From: Candidatus Pelearchaeum maunauluense
Lineage (GTDB): Archaea > Thermoproteota > Nitrososphaeria_A > Caldarchaeales > Caldarchaeaceae
Direction of reading: 5' to 3'
NCBI GenBank assembly: GCA_030059675.1
Contig: JANVYQ010000003.1
Coordinates: 64,001-128,000, forward strand
DNA length: 64,000 nucleotides
The notes under the pieces are model-generated. The model was not told where the DNA came from. It did no database searches and was given only the letters and a program-made list of their open reading frames with translations. Each line of letters opens with the position of its first letter. Position 1 is the stretch's first letter. This document shows positions 48,955 to 58,766 of this stretch, piece by piece. The position numbers and the translations under genes were made by a program.

Positions 48955-50052
48955 CTACTGGAAGAATGTTAGGCTGGTCTGCTTGGATGCGGGTTTTAGG
49001 TCAAAGAGCCTTACGCCAGCCCTACGTAGCATGAGGCTGGGCTGCTCATTTAGGAGTGCGTTAAAGAGATGTCTAACGGTATCTATCAAGAGCCGCCTAT
49101 CAACTGGCTCGTTTATAGTCTTGGAGCGTGTAATCATCCGCAGGGTTGTTGATATTGCTATTATTCCAACTCCAGAGAAAGATACTCCCATACTCTCCGC
49201 TTTGTTCAAAATATCATTAATGGGATTAGATAGCTGGCGCATTATTTCTTCAACATCACGAGTGTTTTGCTTTAGGGTTATTATCCTGCTTATCTGCTTC
49301 CTCTCACGCCTCTCCGCGACCGGCTCATAATACTCGCCGCGCGCTGCCAGTTTCAAGTAGGTTGCGGTCTTCTCACCCACTAGTTGGCGGAGCTTATCCA
49401 CGCTAAGCTGGGCTAGGTCTCCTATCGTCTTAACACCAAGCTCCTCCAGCTTTGTACGCAGCTTCTCGCCTACACCTGGGAGCTTCTCAACAGGTAACTC
49501 GGCTAAGAAGGAGGCTGTCTCCTCTGGCTTTACTACGCGTAGTCCATCGGGCTTAGCTACGTCAGCAGCTATCTTGGCTACAACCTTATTACATGCTATT
49601 CCAACTGTGCATTTAAGCCCCAGCAACTCGCGTATTCTTCTCTTAATCTCGGAACCAAGCTCCATGGCCCTAGAATAATCATAGCCAACGCGCGATGATA
49701 TGTCAAGAGAAGCTTCGTCTATGCTCTCCACCTCCACGACATCGGCGAACTCGCGTAGAATCTCCATGACCTGCTCGGATATCTGGGCATACTCCTCTCG
49801 GCGCATAGGTAGGAAGACCGCATCCGTGCCCTTGAGCAGCGCTTTGGCTCGTACTATTGGTATTCCTGCCTTAACCCCGTACCTGCGGGCTATGTAGTTG
49901 GCCGAGCTTACAACACCGCTTTCCTCAGTTCTGCCTGAGTAGACGCAGACCACTACTGGTTTATCCGCTATCCCTGGGTTCTGAAGCTCCTCAATCTGGG
50001 CGAAGAAGTAGTCAAGGTCAATATGCGCTACTATCTGGTCTTTCCTCTTCAT
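48955..50052 (-). CDS. dinB: Y-family DNA polymerase IV (Dpo4/Dbh)
   Basis: HIDLDYFFAQIE, ANYIAR.YGV, SIDEA, AKIAAD..KPDG. Confidence 0.95.
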   Translation of the reverse strand: MKRKDQIVAHIDLDYFFAQIEELQNPGIADKPVVVCVYSGRTEESGVVSSANYIARRYGVKAGIPIVRAKALLKGTDAVFLPMRREEYAQISEQVMEILREFADVVEVESIDEASLDISSRVGYDYSRAMELGSEIKRRIRELLGLKCTVGIACNKVVAKIAADVAKPDGLRVVKPEETASFLAELPVEKLPGVGEKLRTKLEELGVKTIGDLAQLSVDKLRQLVGEKTATYLKLAARGEYYEPVAERRERKQISRIITLKQNTRDVEEIMRQLSNPINDILNKAESMGVSFSGVGIIAISTTLRMITRSKTINEPVDRRLLIDTVRHLFNALLNEQPSLMLRRAGVRLFDLKPASKQTSLTFFQ

Positions 50053-50513
50053 GAGCGTTTTTTGAGCGGTATGGCGTTAGTCTCCTTAATAGTCCTGAGA
50101 ACAATCCTCGTCTCAGTAGCTACCACGCCGTCCAGCTTGCCTATCTCATCCAGCAGTTTGGCCAGAGTATCCCTATCACGCGTCCTGAGCTTGACCAAGC
50201 AGTAGTAGTCTCCCGTGACGTCGTGAACCTCCTGCACCTCCTCAAGGCTAGCTAGACTCTTAAGGAGGTTGTCATACTTGCTTGGATGAGCTCTTACCGA
50301 GACGAATGCAGCCAATCCATGGCCTAGCTTCTCCTCGTTCAAAACGGCTTGAAAACGCTTTATATACCCGTTTTTAAGCAGCTTCTGGACACGCGTATAG
50401 ACAGCAGCCTCGCTAATGCCCAGCTTCCTAGCCATATCCGAGTAGGAGACCCTGCCATTCTCCTGAAGCATGGCCAGTATTATCAGGTCCTTATCGTCTA
50501 TGGATTGCCGCAC
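50049..50513 (-). CDS. Lrp/AsnC family regulator
   Basis: DDKD..IL..LQENGR.S..DMARKLG.SE, VTGDY. Confidence 0.93.
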   Translation of the reverse strand: MRQSIDDKDLIILAMLQENGRVSYSDMARKLGISEAAVYTRVQKLLKNGYIKRFQAVLNEEKLGHGLAAFVSVRAHPSKYDNLLKSLASLEEVQEVHDVTGDYYCLVKLRTRDRDTLAKLLDEIGKLDGVVATETRIVLRTIKETNAIPLKKRS

Positions 50514-50593
50514 TCCATGATAAAAGTTAGCATCGGTATAAAAACCTGCTTATCGTTAATAAGGTCTTTTCCGTCTACTTTTTGGGAGGATAG

Positions 50594-51547
50594 GTGGTTT
50601 TGGGGGGCTTGGTTATAGTTAAAGGACCTGAGTTGCTTAGGTATAGCTTTCCAGGCAGCCATCCTCTTACGAGTTTGAGGCTTGAGCGCTTTTATGAGCG
50701 GCTTGAGCGTGAGATGGGAAACTCGCAGGCTGTGCGGTTTATCCAGCCCCGCATGGCGTCGGAGGAGGAGCTAACCCTCTTCCATACAACGCGCTATGTG
50801 GAGTATGTGAAGAAGATGTGCGAGAGGGGGTATGGGTATCTGGACTATGGAGATACTCCAGCGTATAGGGGAGGATATGAGGCGGCGTCCTATGTTGTTG
50901 GGAGCACGCTGGAGCTGTGTAGGCTTGTTCTCAGGGGCGAGACCAAGCGCGGCTTCAACCCTATGGGAGGCCTACACCACGCGCGGCGAGACACCGCTGG
51001 AGGGTTCTGCATATTCAATGACGTGGGTGTGGCTATACACTATCTACTAGACAAACATGGGCTCAAGCGCGTGGCCTACGTGGATATAGACGCGCATCAC
51101 GGCGACGGCATATGCTATGACTTCTACAGCGATGAGCGCGTAATCTTCGCAGACATTCACCAAGACGGAAGAACACTATATCCTGGAACGGGGTTTGAGC
51201 ATGAGACAGGCGAGGGAAACGCTCAAGGGCTTAAGCTTAACATACCACTACCACCCTACGCTGGAGATGAGGAGTTTATACAGGCGTTTGGAAGGATAGA
51301 GGAGTTCTTGAACAAGCATGAGTTTGACATAATCCTCTTTCAGTGCGGTGCTGATGGGCTTATGGGAGACCCTATAACCAACCTGCAATACAGCCCCAAG
51401 GCGCATGAGCATGCCGCCAAGCGGTTGCTTGAGCTTGCGGAGCGTAAGTGTGCTGGTCGTATAATCGCGATGGGCGGCGGTGGATATAATCCTGACAACG
51501 TCGCGGCCGCTTGGATGGCTGTGGTGAAAACATTTGCAGAATACTGA
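50594..51547 (+). CDS. Histone deacetylase / AcuC family Zn-dependent deacetylase
   Basis: GGLHHA, GFCIFND, DIDAHHGDG, QCGAD, GGGGY. Confidence 0.93.
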   Translation: MVLGGLVIVKGPELLRYSFPGSHPLTSLRLERFYERLEREMGNSQAVRFIQPRMASEEELTLFHTTRYVEYVKKMCERGYGYLDYGDTPAYRGGYEAASYVVGSTLELCRLVLRGETKRGFNPMGGLHHARRDTAGGFCIFNDVGVAIHYLLDKHGLKRVAYVDIDAHHGDGICYDFYSDERVIFADIHQDGRTLYPGTGFEHETGEGNAQGLKLNIPLPPYAGDEEFIQAFGRIEEFLNKHEFDIILFQCGADGLMGDPITNLQYSPKAHEHAAKRLLELAERKCAGRIIAMGGGGYNPDNVAAAWMAVVKTFAEY

Positions 51548-52136
51548 GCATGGGAGGCCGCGGATTGGTAAGAAGGGGATTAGAGCGTTAGGCATTGCTG
51601 AGAGCTTCCATAAGAAGCTGGGAAGCAGGGCAGTTCTCGCGGCAGTAGCCATGAGGTCAGACCTAGTTGTGGATGGCATGGCGTTAGGAACATGCACGGT
51701 AGGCGGGATGGACGCGACAGACAGCATAATAACGCTATGGAAAGCGATGGGCAGAGATGATATACAGCTAGTAATGCTCAACGGCTGCGTAATAAGCTGG
51801 TTCAACGTCATAGACCTAACGAGGCTCCACCAAGAGTTGAAGAGGCCAATAATATGCCTAACCTACGAAGAGTCTGCTGGAATAGAAAACTATTTTCGCA
51901 GATACTTCCCAGAAGACTGGGAGGAAAGGCTTAGGATACATTTGAGGAATGGTGAGCGGTGCAGCATAACACTCAAGACGGGTTTTGATGTCTTCATAAG
52001 GTCTCTAGGTATTGACGCGGATTATTCCAAGAAGGTCTTGGATAAGTTTACGCTTCATGGGAAGTATCCAGAGCCTATAAGGCTGGCTAAGATGGCTGCG
52101 CACTCGGTCTTGGAGATGCTTAGCCTAGGCGCATAG
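51534..52136 (+). CDS. DUF99 family protein (EndoV-like RNase H fold)
   Basis: GIRALGIAESF, GGMDATD, SWFNVID, PEPIRLA. Confidence 0.88.
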   Translation: MQNTEHGRPRIGKKGIRALGIAESFHKKLGSRAVLAAVAMRSDLVVDGMALGTCTVGGMDATDSIITLWKAMGRDDIQLVMLNGCVISWFNVIDLTRLHQELKRPIICLTYEESAGIENYFRRYFPEDWEERLRIHLRNGERCSITLKTGFDVFIRSLGIDADYSKKVLDKFTLHGKYPEPIRLAKMAAHSVLEMLSLGA

Positions 52137-52138
52137 TC

Positions 52139-53422
52139 TTAGAGGAGAAGCTTGCCAGCTGCTACGCCTGCTTTGGCTCTCTCTTCGCTTGTCATAGAAA
52201 AAACATGCCTTAGCATGCTCTCATACGCGGTGGTCATACCCTTCTTACGCCTCTCCATCATCCGCCTAGCGGTTTTAATGGCCGAATCCAAGCAAAGCTC
52301 CCTGCTGCCAAATCCGATGGTCTCGCCATAGATTGTGAAGGATGGGACATCGCGCATAACTACGCCGTACAAGTGTGAAGAGACTCCTACTCTCTTGCCG
52401 CTGAATATCAACGTACCTATAGCGGTTTTGGCGTGGTCGCCTACGAAGCAGCCCACAAACATCCTACCAGTATCAATCTCTGCATCGCCTATGCGCATCT
52501 TGATTGTGCCGTAAGTGTTCTTCAGGTCTGAGTTGATTGTCCCAGCCCCTAGATTAACCCACTCGCCAACGTATGCGTGGCCTATGTAGCCGTGGTGCCG
52601 CTTATTGGAGTATGCGTGGAAGATTGTTGCCTCTACCTCGCCCCCAACACGGCATACATCGCCTATACTGCATCCCTCGCGTATCTGCGCTCCAAAGATG
52701 ATACAGCTCCGCCCTATGAATGAGGGCCCTGAAACCCGTGAAGGCGCGTGTACATACGTCTCCCTTCCCACGTAAATCGGCCCAACGCGCGCGTCTAGTA
52801 TTGTTCCAGACTCAATAAACGCGTCTCGTGCTACGTAGATGTTTCCCGCATCGCCGTATATCTTTACCCCATCATCTACATCGCCTTCCCACTCGCCGCC
52901 TTTAAACTCCTCGGCAACCAGCTTTCCGTTCATCTCAAAGAGCTCCCACGGGTATGTGAGGAGACACCCTTCATCAATCGTAAGCTTCTTACCTACTCGC
53001 TCAATTATGAGGCGGCTTACGTCGTGGCCGCTTGTTAGCGCTTTTCTCATCAGCTCATCCTCAAAACTCTCCTCGCCTAAATGTGCTGCAACTACTCTAT
53101 CGTTGCTGATTACCGCTATCCCCTTCTCGCTTAGTTTTCTAAAGATTTTATCTGGCAAGTTATTTGGAAGCAGAAGACCATTAACCAGAAGGGTTGAGTC
53201 ATCTATCCTGTCAAAATTATTTACTCTATTTCCATATTTCTCTACTTGTATAGGTTTTAGATACTCGCGGCAGAATAGGAGAATGTCTCCCTCATGTTCT
53301 ATCTTCTTCTCTATCTTCTGTATTATAGGGGATGTTCCTATGAAGAGCTCGTAGGTAGGTCTTGTGAGTGTTAGTGGTGAGAAGTTTGTTATTGTCTCGT
53401 CTTCAAAGATTGCAAGTCTCAT
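52139..53422 (-). CDS. GlmU-related putative sugar nucleotidyltransferase with hexapeptide repeats
   Basis: FSPLTLTRP, GGEV, NKRHHGYIGHAYVGEWVNLGAGT.NSDLKNTY. Confidence 0.85.
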   Translation of the reverse strand: MRLAIFEDETITNFSPLTLTRPTYELFIGTSPIIQKIEKKIEHEGDILLFCREYLKPIQVEKYGNRVNNFDRIDDSTLLVNGLLLPNNLPDKIFRKLSEKGIAVISNDRVVAAHLGEESFEDELMRKALTSGHDVSRLIIERVGKKLTIDEGCLLTYPWELFEMNGKLVAEEFKGGEWEGDVDDGVKIYGDAGNIYVARDAFIESGTILDARVGPIYVGRETYVHAPSRVSGPSFIGRSCIIFGAQIREGCSIGDVCRVGGEVEATIFHAYSNKRHHGYIGHAYVGEWVNLGAGTINSDLKNTYGTIKMRIGDAEIDTGRMFVGCFVGDHAKTAIGTLIFSGKRVGVSSHLYGVVMRDVPSFTIYGETIGFGSRELCLDSAIKTARRMMERRKKGMTTAYESMLRHVFSMTSEERAKAGVAAGKLLL

Positions 53423-53478
53423 CTGTCCAGCACCCTTTATATGAGGAGGTTTGTAGGTTTTCAGCCTGTTGGCTGGAT

Positions 53479-54528
53479 TTAAATCCTTGAAGAGAGCCGC
53501 GTGTGGGGGGCTATGGTCATTTGAGGCAATTCCGCGCCGTTGAGCCTTAGTCCCGCGCCTATGTGCGCTCCCTCCCCAACTATAACGCTCCGCAGGCTAG
53601 CGCCATCATCTATAACAACATCCTCCAACACTATGGAGGACTCTATAACAACGTTAGCTCCTATCCTAACGTTATCACCTATGAATGATGGTCCTATAAC
53701 TGTTGAGCCGCTGCCTATGCGTGTCCCTTCACCTATGATGCAGGGGCCCGCTAGTTTGGTATCCTTACCCATGTAACATGGCCGCTTAAGGCTTACTTTA
53801 CTTCCCAGCCTGCGTGTTAGGAAATAGGCGTTGGCCTGGAGGTAGCTTGGTGGGCTTCCCACATCAAACCACCAATCCCCAGAATCCACATAAACCCCTA
53901 TCCTCCTGCCGCTTTCAGCCATTATGTTAAGCGCGTCAGTAAGCTCATACTCCCCGCGCGGAGATGGCTTCAGACTCTTAACCACATCTAAGGTCTCAGA
54001 TGGAAGTATATAGACACCGCTATTGACTGGGCCGCTTTCACCCGCCTTCTCTAGGATGCGCTCCAGAATGTTATTGCTGGCTCGTATTATGCCGAAACGC
54101 TGGCCTGAGTCAACCCTAACACCCATGAGTGAGCCATCGTATTTGCCGCTTCTATGAAATTCAATAAGCCGCTCCAGAGCTTCTGGCGTGAGTGTTATAT
54201 CCCCATAAACTACCAGGAACTCCCTGACGTCGCTTAGATATTCTGAAGCAGCCGCCAACGCGTGGCCTGTTCCCAGAGTCTTCTCTTGATGGATAAACCT
54301 AATGTCAAGGTCTTTAGCCCTCTCGCCCACCAGAGCCATAACCTTCTCGGAGAGGTAGTTTATGATTATTCCAACCTCCCTCACTCCTGCGTGGCGTAGG
54401 GCGTCAAGCACCATGAGTATAACTGGTCTTCCAGCTACTGGGAGGAGAGGCTTAGACCTAGTATCGCTAAGCGGCCTTATGCGCTTGCCCAGGCCTGCCG
54501 CGAAGACAACAGCCTTCAAAGCCATCAC
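53479..54528 (-). CDS. NDP-sugar pyrophosphorylase with C-terminal left-handed beta-helix
   Basis: AAGLGKRIRPL...KPLLP, LGTGHA, SPRGEYELTDA. Confidence 0.9.
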   Translation of the reverse strand: MMALKAVVFAAGLGKRIRPLSDTRSKPLLPVAGRPVILMVLDALRHAGVREVGIIINYLSEKVMALVGERAKDLDIRFIHQEKTLGTGHALAAASEYLSDVREFLVVYGDITLTPEALERLIEFHRSGKYDGSLMGVRVDSGQRFGIIRASNNILERILEKAGESGPVNSGVYILPSETLDVVKSLKPSPRGEYELTDALNIMAESGRRIGVYVDSGDWWFDVGSPPSYLQANAYFLTRRLGSKVSLKRPCYMGKDTKLAGPCIIGEGTRIGSGSTVIGPSFIGDNVRIGANVVIESSIVLEDVVIDDGASLRSVIVGEGAHIGAGLRLNGAELPQMTIAPHTRLSSRI

Positions 54529-54599
54529 ATCTAAAAGGAGGCCTTAACCGCTAACCTACTAATCTTCCCCAGCATATTAACCATGTCAGTAGAAGCGGC

Positions 54600-55625
54600 A
54601 TGACTCTCATATTCGTCGGCCTCGGTTTAGGCGTCCCACCTCACCTGACTCTTGAAGCCCTAGAGGTAATACGGTCAGCCGACAGGCTCATCCTAGATTC
54701 TTATACCAGCATAATCCCCGACGCTCTCATACAGTTCATCAAGAGGGAAGCGGGAGATAGGTTGAGAATAGCTGAGCGCAGCCTGCTGGAGGAGAGAAGC
54801 GGTGAAGTCTTGGAAGAAGCCTCACGCGGGGAAGTCGCCATACTAGTGCCAGGAGACCCCTTCATAGCCACAACCCACCAATCTCTAAAAACCGAGGCGC
54901 TAAAACGAAAAATCAAAGTGAGGGTTGTTCATGGTCTATCCATCTTCACAGCAGCAATAAGCGCTTCAGGCCTTCACATATACAAGTTCGGGAGAACAGC
55001 AACAATACCGAAGACCAACAACGTTAAGCTCATGTCGCAGCCATACAACGTGCTGGCCGAAAACCTATCACGGGGTCTTCATACACTCTTCCTCCTAGAC
55101 ACGGCCGAAGGGGGAGTTAGCGTCGGCGAAGCCCTAAACCTACTACTCAGCGCCGAGGAAGAGTTTGGCAGGGGAGTAGTGAGGAGAGACTCACTGGTGA
55201 TAGCGCTCAGCCGCGTGGGTTATGGAGATTCTAGAACAGTAGCTGGAAGCATAAGCTCGGTAGCAAACCTAATACCCCAACAACCACCCCATACACTAAT
55301 CTTCCCAGGAGAACTACACTTCACAGAAAAAGAAGCCGTAAAGGCCTACTCAATAGACGCTGAGCTAGTAGAGAGACACACCCCATCCGATTACGTTAAG
55401 GAGAGAATAGAGCGATACGTGGGAAAATGCAGACGCGTAATAGATACGGTTATTGAACAGAGAGCAGCAGACAAGGATTTCATATCCTACGTAGAGGCAT
55501 ACGTAGAGGATAGCCAGCGCTTCATGATGGCGGGAGACTATACAAACGCTCTCCTAGCAATAGGCTATGCCGAGGGGTTGCTGGATGCTCTCAAGCTCCT
55601 GGGGAGGGCGAGGTTTGAATGGTGA
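54600..55625 (+). CDS. dph5: Diphthine synthase fused to a DUF357 domain
   Basis: VGLGL, SYTS, GDPFIATTH, YKFGRTATI, GLHTL.LLD; C-terminal AY.EDS..F...GD..NAL..IGYAEGLLDA. Confidence 0.92.
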   Translation: MTLIFVGLGLGVPPHLTLEALEVIRSADRLILDSYTSIIPDALIQFIKREAGDRLRIAERSLLEERSGEVLEEASRGEVAILVPGDPFIATTHQSLKTEALKRKIKVRVVHGLSIFTAAISASGLHIYKFGRTATIPKTNNVKLMSQPYNVLAENLSRGLHTLFLLDTAEGGVSVGEALNLLLSAEEEFGRGVVRRDSLVIALSRVGYGDSRTVAGSISSVANLIPQQPPHTLIFPGELHFTEKEAVKAYSIDAELVERHTPSDYVKERIERYVGKCRRVIDTVIEQRAADKDFISYVEAYVEDSQRFMMAGDYTNALLAIGYAEGLLDALKLLGRARFEW

Positions 55626-56077
55626 AGAAGAGAAAAACAATACTCACCACAGGCGCATTTGACATAATACACCCAGGCCACGTAAGCATGCTCTGGGCTG
55701 CAAAAAAGCTGGGAGGAAGAAACGCAAGACTAGTCGTAGTAATTGCAAGAAACGAGACGGTGAAAAGAAACAAAAACCGCGAACCAGTCTTCGACGAGAA
55801 GCTCAGAAGAGCAATAGTCGAGAACCTAAAACCAGTTGATAAAGCAATACTCGGCTTCAAGCCCTTCTCATTCGAGAAGGTAATCAAGAAGATCAAACCA
55901 GACATGGTCGTGTTCGGCTACGACCAGACAGAGCTCAGGAAGAGCTTCGAGAAATTCTGTAAGGATAGGGGGTTAAAGATTAGGGTTGTGACTGTTAGGA
56001 AGTTTGGAGGAAGGGGAATAAATAGCAGTAGTGATGTTTTCAAGCGTATTCTTGAGATGGGCAGGCGGGCTAGGTAA
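55619..56077 (+). CDS. ribL: Archaeal FAD synthetase
   Basis: GAFDIIHPGH, VVVIAR, LKPVD.A, GYDQ; convergent with ribK. Confidence 0.85.
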   Translation: MVKKRKTILTTGAFDIIHPGHVSMLWAAKKLGGRNARLVVVIARNETVKRNKNREPVFDEKLRRAIVENLKPVDKAILGFKPFSFEKVIKKIKPDMVVFGYDQTELRKSFEKFCKDRGLKIRVVTVRKFGGRGINSSSDVFKRILEMGRRAR

Positions 56078-56804
56078 CAGGAGGCTGTGCTGGAGCTTTT
56101 GTTTTTGTGAAGTTTTCAAAGAAGGTGGATGGAGGTATAACAACCGTTAGCTTAACCTTATCCCCGTCTTTGAGGCCGAGCTTACCACGTAGATAAGGCT
56201 CTGCAATAACCTCCAGTACAGAGTTATCGTACTGCGTCCTCTCCACAAACAGTATAGCGACATCCTCAGTATCGTTCAGCACGGCTTTAATCGCCTTAGC
56301 GCCTCCGTATGTGCGCTTCTCATCCCTAAACCCATGTATCTCAATAGGCGCCAGACGCTGCAACAGGTGGCGGTTCTCTATAGAGTCGCGCGAAAGTAAG
56401 CTAATGTTCAGCGTGCCTGGATAGGCCTTGAAGCCCAGCTTCTCCTCTATCTGCTTCGCATAGCCAGGAAGGCTTATGTAGTAAGCCCCCTCGCCCAGGC
56501 CTGTGAATACCCTGCCCTCAAGCGTGATATTTACAGGCCTCTCAAAAATCGCCTTTAGAGAGAGGTAAACCTCCCTTAGCTGGGATAGTCCCTTCTCGGT
56601 TATCTTAACGTAGCTGGTTCTGCCTACTATCCGCCTCTCTATGAATCCCTCCTTCTCCAGCTGTATGAGCAGCCTTGATGCAGACTGCTGTGAGGTTCCG
56701 AGATATTTTGAGAGCATGGGGGTTGTCATCTTCAGACTATTGGTGAACGCGTCCCGCTCAGCTAGAAAGATTAGAACCCGCTCTTTAAAGGAAAGCAGCT
56801 GCAT
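56070..56804 (-). CDS. ribK: CTP-dependent riboflavin kinase with N-terminal HTH (RbkR type)
   Basis: SQQSASR.L..LE HTH; GLGEG.YY, YPGTLN, LR..L.LKDGD. Confidence 0.93.
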   Translation of the reverse strand: MQLLSFKERVLIFLAERDAFTNSLKMTTPMLSKYLGTSQQSASRLLIQLEKEGFIERRIVGRTSYVKITEKGLSQLREVYLSLKAIFERPVNITLEGRVFTGLGEGAYYISLPGYAKQIEEKLGFKAYPGTLNISLLSRDSIENRHLLQRLAPIEIHGFRDEKRTYGGAKAIKAVLNDTEDVAILFVERTQYDNSVLEVIAEPYLRGKLGLKDGDKVKLTVVIPPSTFFENFTKTKAPAQPPVT

Positions 56805-56903
56805 CCCCCTTAGAAGTTATGGTACGCGCCCCAGCTTTTAAGGTTGAAACGCCCATTACGATTTATAAAACCAACGAATCAGAAGGGGAAGGATTGGAAA
56901 ACA

Positions 56904-57509
56904 TCAAACGGTTAATGTCTCGTTTATTTTAAGCCCCTCACTCGTGTATAGGAGGATATCTATACCATTACCGCTCCCAGCGTCGCGCGCTATTGAGGAG
57001 CGTATGGCCTTCACCGCCAAGTTATAGAGCTCCTCAGATGTCATATCCTTCTTATACTCGTTCTCAATAACGCCTACCGCTATCTCTGCGCCTGTTCCAA
57101 CAACAGCGTAGTCGTCCTCTATTATTGAGCCTAGTGGGTCTAGAACTATTACATGCGTCCCCTTATCATCAAGCCCGCCTACTATCGTCTCGGTGAAGTA
57201 TGGGAAGAAGCGGCTGCTGAAGAGTTGCCAGGAAAGTAGCTTAGCTACTGTCTGCACGGATGGCTCTGTCCTGTTCTCAATCCTGTATAGGTTTACTATG
57301 GCGGTGGCCTCCTTAACTAGGTTCTGCATGTCAGCCACAACGCCTGCGCATGCTGCTCCTATCTTCTTGCTGACTGGGAAGACCTTCCTAGCTGATTTGG
57401 ACAGAACAAAATAACCATATGCGAACCTCTTTTCAGATGCTAGGACTACGCTATCCTTCCCAGCTATCCCGACCGTAGTAGCCCCTGGGAGGAAGATTGG
57501 CTGCGACAA
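56904..57509 (-). CDS. psmB: Proteasome beta subunit (probably the non-catalytic paralog)
   Basis: PGATTVGI..DSVVLASEKR, AG.VAD, RDAGSG.GID. Confidence 0.93.
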   Translation of the reverse strand: MSQPIFLPGATTVGIAGKDSVVLASEKRFAYGYFVLSKSARKVFPVSKKIGAACAGVVADMQNLVKEATAIVNLYRIENRTEPSVQTVAKLLSWQLFSSRFFPYFTETIVGGLDDKGTHVIVLDPLGSIIEDDYAVVGTGAEIAVGVIENEYKKDMTSEELYNLAVKAIRSSIARDAGSGNGIDILLYTSEGLKINETLTV

Positions 57510-57611
57510 GGTTCTGTTCCACCTGCTCGCGGTTATCGTCGTTAACGCCCTACTTAACCTTAATCCCTTGACATGCTTAAATGGTCTGGTTTATGTAGCT
57601 GGCTGTTGGGG

Positions 57612-58703
57612 ATGGCTCCGAGGGTTCTCTCGGTTGACGGCTCTATAGGCGAGGGGGGTGGGCAGGTTCTTCGCGTGGCCGTGGCGCTGGCCGCGGTCTT
57701 GGGATGCCAGCTTAGGGTGTTTAACATAAGAGCGCGCCGCAGCCCTCCTGGACTTAGGGCGCAGCACCTAACAGCGGTAAAGGCTGTCGCATCCCTCGCC
57801 GACGGGCGCGTAGAGGGCCTGAAAGTAGGCTCAACCCAAATCTCTTTTGAGCCAGGTGAGCTGAGTGGGGGTAGGATGGAGTTTGACGCGGGTACCGCTG
57901 GTAGTACGACGCTAATACTCCAGTCTCTCATGCCTGTCATGGCGTTTGCTGGCTCGCCTGTTGATGTTGTTTTGAGGGGCGGGACCAACAACCCCATGGC
58001 CCCTCCCTACGAGTATCTTGAAAACGTCCTCCTTCCCGTGCTTCGTGAAATGGGGTTTGACGCCACACTTAAGCTGCATAGGCGCGGCTTCTACCCTAGG
58101 GGCCAAGGAGTAATCTCGGCCCACTCAAAGCCCGTGGATGTTCTTAAGCCAGTGAAGCTGGTTGGGAAGGCGCGCGTGGTGAAGATCACGGGTCTGAGCT
58201 ATAGCTGTAGGCTGCCTGAGCACATAACTCAGCGTATGGCGCGTTCCGCTGAGCAGCTGTTAAAGCGGAACGGCTACGATGATGTGAGCATAGCTACTGA
58301 GGCCTTAACGCCTGAGAACCCGCGGTGCGCGCCAGACCCTGGAACGGGGATTATACTATTCGCTCACACGGATTTGGGTACTTTGCTGGCCGTGGATAAG
58401 CTGGGTGAGCGCGGCGTTCCCGCTGAGCGTGTGGGTGAGGAGGCTGCGCGCGGTCTCATGGAGGAGATGCAAGCAAGGGCGCCTGTTGATAGCCATCTGG
58501 GGGACCAGTTGGTTGTTTGGACCGCCCTTGCCGCTGGTGAGTCTGAGTATGAGGTGAGCCGTATAACAAGCCACACGCTTACTAGCGTTGAGGTTTGCAG
58601 ACAGCTTACTGGGGCTGTTTTCGAGGTTGATGGAAGGCTGGGTGAGCGTGGCCTGGTTAGGTGTAGGGGAATAGGGCTGAGGAGAGGGGCAGCGTCTGAC
58701 TAG
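57612..58703 (+). CDS. rtcA: RNA 3'-terminal phosphate cyclase
   Basis: DGSIGEGGGQVLR, PGLRAQH, TAGS, RRGFYPRG, HLGDQL, TSHT. Confidence 0.95.
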   Translation: MAPRVLSVDGSIGEGGGQVLRVAVALAAVLGCQLRVFNIRARRSPPGLRAQHLTAVKAVASLADGRVEGLKVGSTQISFEPGELSGGRMEFDAGTAGSTTLILQSLMPVMAFAGSPVDVVLRGGTNNPMAPPYEYLENVLLPVLREMGFDATLKLHRRGFYPRGQGVISAHSKPVDVLKPVKLVGKARVVKITGLSYSCRLPEHITQRMARSAEQLLKRNGYDDVSIATEALTPENPRCAPDPGTGIILFAHTDLGTLLAVDKLGERGVPAERVGEEAARGLMEEMQARAPVDSHLGDQLVVWTALAAGESEYEVSRITSHTLTSVEVCRQLTGAVFEVDGRLGERGLVRCRGIGLRRGAASD

Positions 58704-58766
58704 CTTTTCTGGCCATGGATAACATCTTTAAACTACCCTTTACGCGGCACGGCTGGGGGCTCGCCT

